Source of the DNA: Phycisphaerales bacterium
Lineage (GTDB): Bacteria; Planctomycetota; Phycisphaerae; WQYP01
Direction of reading: 5' to 3'
NCBI GenBank assembly: GCA_027451365.1
Contig: DAIDJN010000058.1
Coordinates: 1-64,000 of the forward strand
DNA: 64,000 nt
Shown here: positions 61,074 through 64,000 of the stretch, in pieces
How positions within the stretch are numbered: position 1 is the first letter of the stretch
Layout of the letters: every line of letters starts with the position of its first letter
Notes under the pieces: model-generated
Told to the model about the DNA's origin: nothing
The model's database searches: none
What the model saw: only the letters and a program-made list of their open reading frames with translations
Program-made: the position numbers and the translations under genes

Positions 61074-62261
61074 ATGAAGATGTCATTTGTAAAATCCCAG
61101 CGGTTGCAGGCGTTGCCACCTTACCTGTTTATTGAGATTGACAAACGCAAGCGCGCGCTTCTTGCCGCCGGCAAGGATGTGATTAATCTGGGTGTCGGAG
61201 ACCCGGACATGCCCACCCATGGTTTTATTATAGATGCCATGGCCAAAGCAATTTATGACCCGAAAAATCACCGGTATCCGTTCGATGAAGGCGTACCCGC
61301 CTATCGGCAGGCCGCGGCAAAATTCATGGAAAAGCGCTTTGGCGTAACGCTGGATGCGGACAAGGAAGTTCTCACGACTATCGGATCTAAAGACGGAATT
61401 GCGCATTTGCCCCTGGCGGTGGTGAATCCAGGTGATACGGTGTTGGTGCCACAGCCGGGCTATCCGGTCTATGCCACCGGTACCAGCTTTGCCGGTGGGC
61501 GGGTGTTTACGATGCCCCTGCTGGAAATGAATAATTTTCTGCCGGATCTGGATGCCATTCCGGAAGATGTCCGCAAGCAAAGCCGACTGATCTGGTTGAA
61601 TTATCCGAATAACCCGACTGCCGCCACCGCGCCCCTGGCGTTTTATGAAAAAGTGGTGGCTATGGCCAAGCGGTACAACTGGGTGATTGCCAATGACCTG
61701 GCCTATGGCGAGGTATATTTTGAAGCCGCCCCGCCCAGCATTCTTCAGGTGCCGGGAGCCAGAGACGTCGCCATCGAATTTCATTCGCTCTCCAAAAGCT
61801 TCAATATGACCGGCTGGCGCATTGGATGGGCTGCGGGAAATCCGGCAATTATCGCCGCCCTTGGACAGGTGAAGGGCAATGTGGACAGCGGCCAGTTCAA
61901 TGCCATTCAGGTGGCCGGTGCCGTGGCACTGGAACACTATGATCACGCATCGGTCAAGCGTCAGATGGACATTTACCGTGGTCGGCGTGACGTACTGTAC
62001 AACGGCCTTGTCGCCTTGGGCTGGAAGTTTCGGAAACCGACAGCAGGCTTTTTCTGTTGGGTCAATACGCCCAAGGGTTTGCCTTCGATGGATCTGTGTG
62101 GCCGGCTGATTGACGAGGCGCATGTCGTGACCGTGCCAGGGGCGGGCTTCGGAGCCGCCGGGGAAGGTTACCTGCGCATGGCTCTGACGGTGGATGAGGA
62201 CCGCATTCGTCAGGCAGTGGAACGGATTGGCAATATCAGGGAATTGCGCGTGGGCGGATGA
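61074..62261 (+). CDS. dapL: LL-diaminopimelate aminotransferase-like (class I/II PLP enzyme)
   Basis: LPPYLF, LGVGDPD, GSKDG, NYPNNPT, DLAY, EFHSLSKSFNMTGWRIG, DSG, PGAGFG..GEGY. Confidence 0.8.
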   Translation: MKMSFVKSQRLQALPPYLFIEIDKRKRALLAAGKDVINLGVGDPDMPTHGFIIDAMAKAIYDPKNHRYPFDEGVPAYRQAAAKFMEKRFGVTLDADKEVLTTIGSKDGIAHLPLAVVNPGDTVLVPQPGYPVYATGTSFAGGRVFTMPLLEMNNFLPDLDAIPEDVRKQSRLIWLNYPNNPTAATAPLAFYEKVVAMAKRYNWVIANDLAYGEVYFEAAPPSILQVPGARDVAIEFHSLSKSFNMTGWRIGWAAGNPAIIAALGQVKGNVDSGQFNAIQVAGAVALEHYDHASVKRQMDIYRGRRDVLYNGLVALGWKFRKPTAGFFCWVNTPKGLPSMDLCGRLIDEAHVVTVPGAGFGAAGEGYLRMALTVDEDRIRQAVERIGNIRELRVGG

Positions 62262-62341
62262 CCCATTGCGTTTTTTTTCCCGCGAGGGTTCGTCGAATTT
62301 CGACGGCGCGGAATATCCGCCGTGCCGCCCAATAAAGAGCA

Positions 62342-62367
62342 GGGGGACCCGGAAAGCCGGGTCCCCC
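62342..62367. terminator. Strong GC hairpin between convergent dapL and hsp20 genes
   Basis: GGGGGACCCGG-AAAG-CCGGGTCCCCC, a perfect 11-bp stem; only an imperfect U-tract on the minus strand. Confidence 0.65.
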
Positions 62368-62428
62368 GTTGCCGATTTTTAATCAGCTCAGTTGTATGGT
62401 CACGGGCCGTGTCGCCTGCCGCCGTCAC

Positions 62429-62836
62429 TTAACCCGCATTTACCGTGATTTTGCGGGTCTTGGCGTTGGCCGCCTTGGGAACCTGAACGGTCAGTTCACC
62501 GTGGGCGAGCGTGGCTTTAATTTCCTCGGCGTTTATCGGCGCTTCAAGAGTGAACGATCGCCGGTAGGTTCCACGTTGGTATTCATGTACAAGCACGCGC
62601 ATGCCTTCGCGATGAACAATTTCCGAAGCACGGCCTTCCAGGGTAAGCACGCCATTTTCAAAAGTGACATCCACATCGGTCGGCTTCACACCCGGCATGT
62701 CGGCCAGAAAAATATAATTTTCCGGATCTTCCAGGATGTCAACGGGTGGCACAATCAGGTCCTGTTGGCTGGCCTGGCTGATCTGGCTCGCCGAATCGGA
62801 TGCTGCATGACGGGGTTCAATCGTATTGGAAACCAT
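62429..62836 (-). CDS. Hsp20/alpha-crystallin small heat-shock protein
   Basis: PPVDI.E, ADMPGV, YRRSFTL, GELTVQVPK; AAGGAG RBS. Confidence 0.93.
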   Translation of the reverse strand: MVSNTIEPRHAASDSASQISQASQQDLIVPPVDILEDPENYIFLADMPGVKPTDVDVTFENGVLTLEGRASEIVHREGMRVLVHEYQRGTYRRSFTLEAPINAEEIKATLAHGELTVQVPKAANAKTRKITVNAG

Positions 62837-62882
62837 GGTTTAACTCCTTAAAAAAATGGTTGAACGGAACATTCTGAATCTC

Positions 62883-63326
62883 TTAAGCGTGAAGCAGCTT
62901 TATTTTTCTGGGTCTGCTGGACTGCGCACGCGGCACCTGAAGTGCCAGCAGGCCATCTTTCAAGCTGGCCTGAACGTTTTGACTGTCCGGTTCCCAGGGT
63001 AACGTGAAGCGTCGGATAAACTTTCCAGTGACACGTTCGGCCCGATGGCGTCGCGTCCGTTTTGGTTCGTCCATCGTGCGTTCAAATGAAATCCGCACCT
63101 GATTCCCGGTCACAGATACATCCAGGTCTTTTGGGGTTGCGCCGGGAACGGGGATCTCAATGTGGGCCGCGTTATCATCTTCCCAGATATTTACCGCGGG
63201 GTAGCGGGTCTGGTCCCAGCCATCCAGCCGGGAAGCCGGTCCCCCGATGACCGCGTCGAAGAGCGCGTTGACCTGCTCGTGAAGATCCGCAAGTGCATTC
63301 GAGTTTTGCAGATTCAGATTAAACAT
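62883..63326 (-). CDS. Hsp20/alpha-crystallin small heat-shock protein
   Basis: YPAVNIWED, VPG, ER..GKF.R.FTLP, DGLL...PR, PRKI; AAGGAG RBS before 63326. Confidence 0.92.
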   Translation of the reverse strand: MFNLNLQNSNALADLHEQVNALFDAVIGGPASRLDGWDQTRYPAVNIWEDDNAAHIEIPVPGATPKDLDVSVTGNQVRISFERTMDEPKRTRRHRAERVTGKFIRRFTLPWEPDSQNVQASLKDGLLALQVPRAQSSRPRKIKLLHA

Positions 63327-63509
63327 GACAAAAACTCCTTTTTCAAGCTTTTCCGGGCCGCGCCAGGTATGCAAACGCCGAAAAACACAACTAACGAAAC
63401 GTGATGTGTGTATAACTACACTTATTGGTATCGTCCGGAATGCGGGATCGGCGCCTGGACCCCGTGCATCGGTCCGGCCGTAACCAATGTCATCACACCC
63501 TTCAGCAAA

Positions 63510-63653
63510 ACAAAACTCGTGCCAAACCGCGGCTGTGGTCGCGTGCTGACTTCATAAGTCATTCAAAAATAAACGTTTACGTGCCAAGAAGGCATCAGGA
63601 GGAACCACCCTTTTGCCGCCCGAAATTGCCGCAACGCCTGTCAGATTGACAGG
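63510..63653 (-). promoter_or_regulatory. hsp20 operon sigma54-type promoter and upstream palindromes
   Basis: Minus-strand TGGCACG-AGTT-TTGT (63524-63510); CCTGTCA-GAT-TGACAGG (63637-63653); near-match TGCCA-AGA-AGGCA (63582-63594). Confidence 0.55.
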
Positions 63654-63750
63654 TTATGAGCGCTGCGGCAGGATCATACGGCCGCCTTGGCTGAAGGGGT
63701 GTCACCGGCGTTTCGCCGGAGCGGTGCCCCGCCTTGCGAATGCATTGTTA

Positions 63751-64000
63751 TCAGCCTTCTTCCGTCGGCTCGCGGCGGCTGCGTGGTTCATAGGCGTGCA
63801 CGATATTCTGCACCAGTCGGTGCCGCACGATATCTGATTTATCCAACTCAACAAATGAAATCCCATGAATGCCCGCCAGTTTGCGTTTGGCGTCAATAAG
63901 GCCGCTGGTCTGGCCGCCTTCCAGGTCCACCTGCGAAGGGTCTCCGGTGACGATCATTTTGCTGCCTTCGCCCAGACGGGTCAGGAACATCAGCATCTGG
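63751..64000 (-). CDS. phoH: PhoH-family ATPase, 3' end (runs off the right edge)
   Basis: MFLTRLGEGSKMIVTGDPSQVDL...DIVRHRLVQNIVHAY. Confidence 0.92.
   Translation of the reverse strand, partial: QMLMFLTRLGEGSKMIVTGDPSQVDLEGGQTSGLIDAKRKLAGIHGISFVELDKSDIVRHRLVQNIVHAYEPRSRREPTEEG

Overview
Gene-dense bacterial window, mostly housekeeping. Gene content (mcsA-mcsB with no adjacent ctsR/clpC, a DUF4159 prenyltransferase-repeat protein, planctomycete-style Rhs, a PEP-CTERM-like protein, hpnH, TM-type RNase Z) suggests a planctomycete, probably class Phycisphaerae; this is inference, not a database result. Left to right: orphan Rhs toxin/immunity modules (1-1.7 kb); rhlE, hpnH, speA, serA, mcsB/mcsA, ispD-polX, a DUF4159 protein, GT4, RNase Z-like hydrolase, an M16 peptidase pair, lipoproteins, GT2-DUF2062, lutCBA, isolated nuoB/nuoA, a decayed class-D group II intron, a ROK regulator, clpB, amidase, SYLF, SRPBCC, methyltransferase, amidohydrolase, ferredoxin, NRAMP, ACAD-like protein, fused IOR, GH127, a LuxR-type regulator divergent from a 1470-aa tandem-repeat surface protein, GT2 plus acyltransferase, DegT, lgt, dapL, two hsp20 genes and the 3' end of phoH. 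Strongest leads: (1) clpB and hsp20 share an upstream architecture of a TGYCA-N3-TGRCA palindrome plus a sigma54-type promoter with a non-canonical TTGT -12 box, a candidate enhancer-driven heat-shock regulon; (2) an orphan Rhs array with an unrecognised Cys-rich C-terminal domain and a coupled small membrane protein; (3) a mosaic repeat adhesin with a 'PSP' sorting signal and a candidate activator box. No rRNA, tRNA or CRISPR array was seen. All family calls come from motif recognition by eye; no searches were run.
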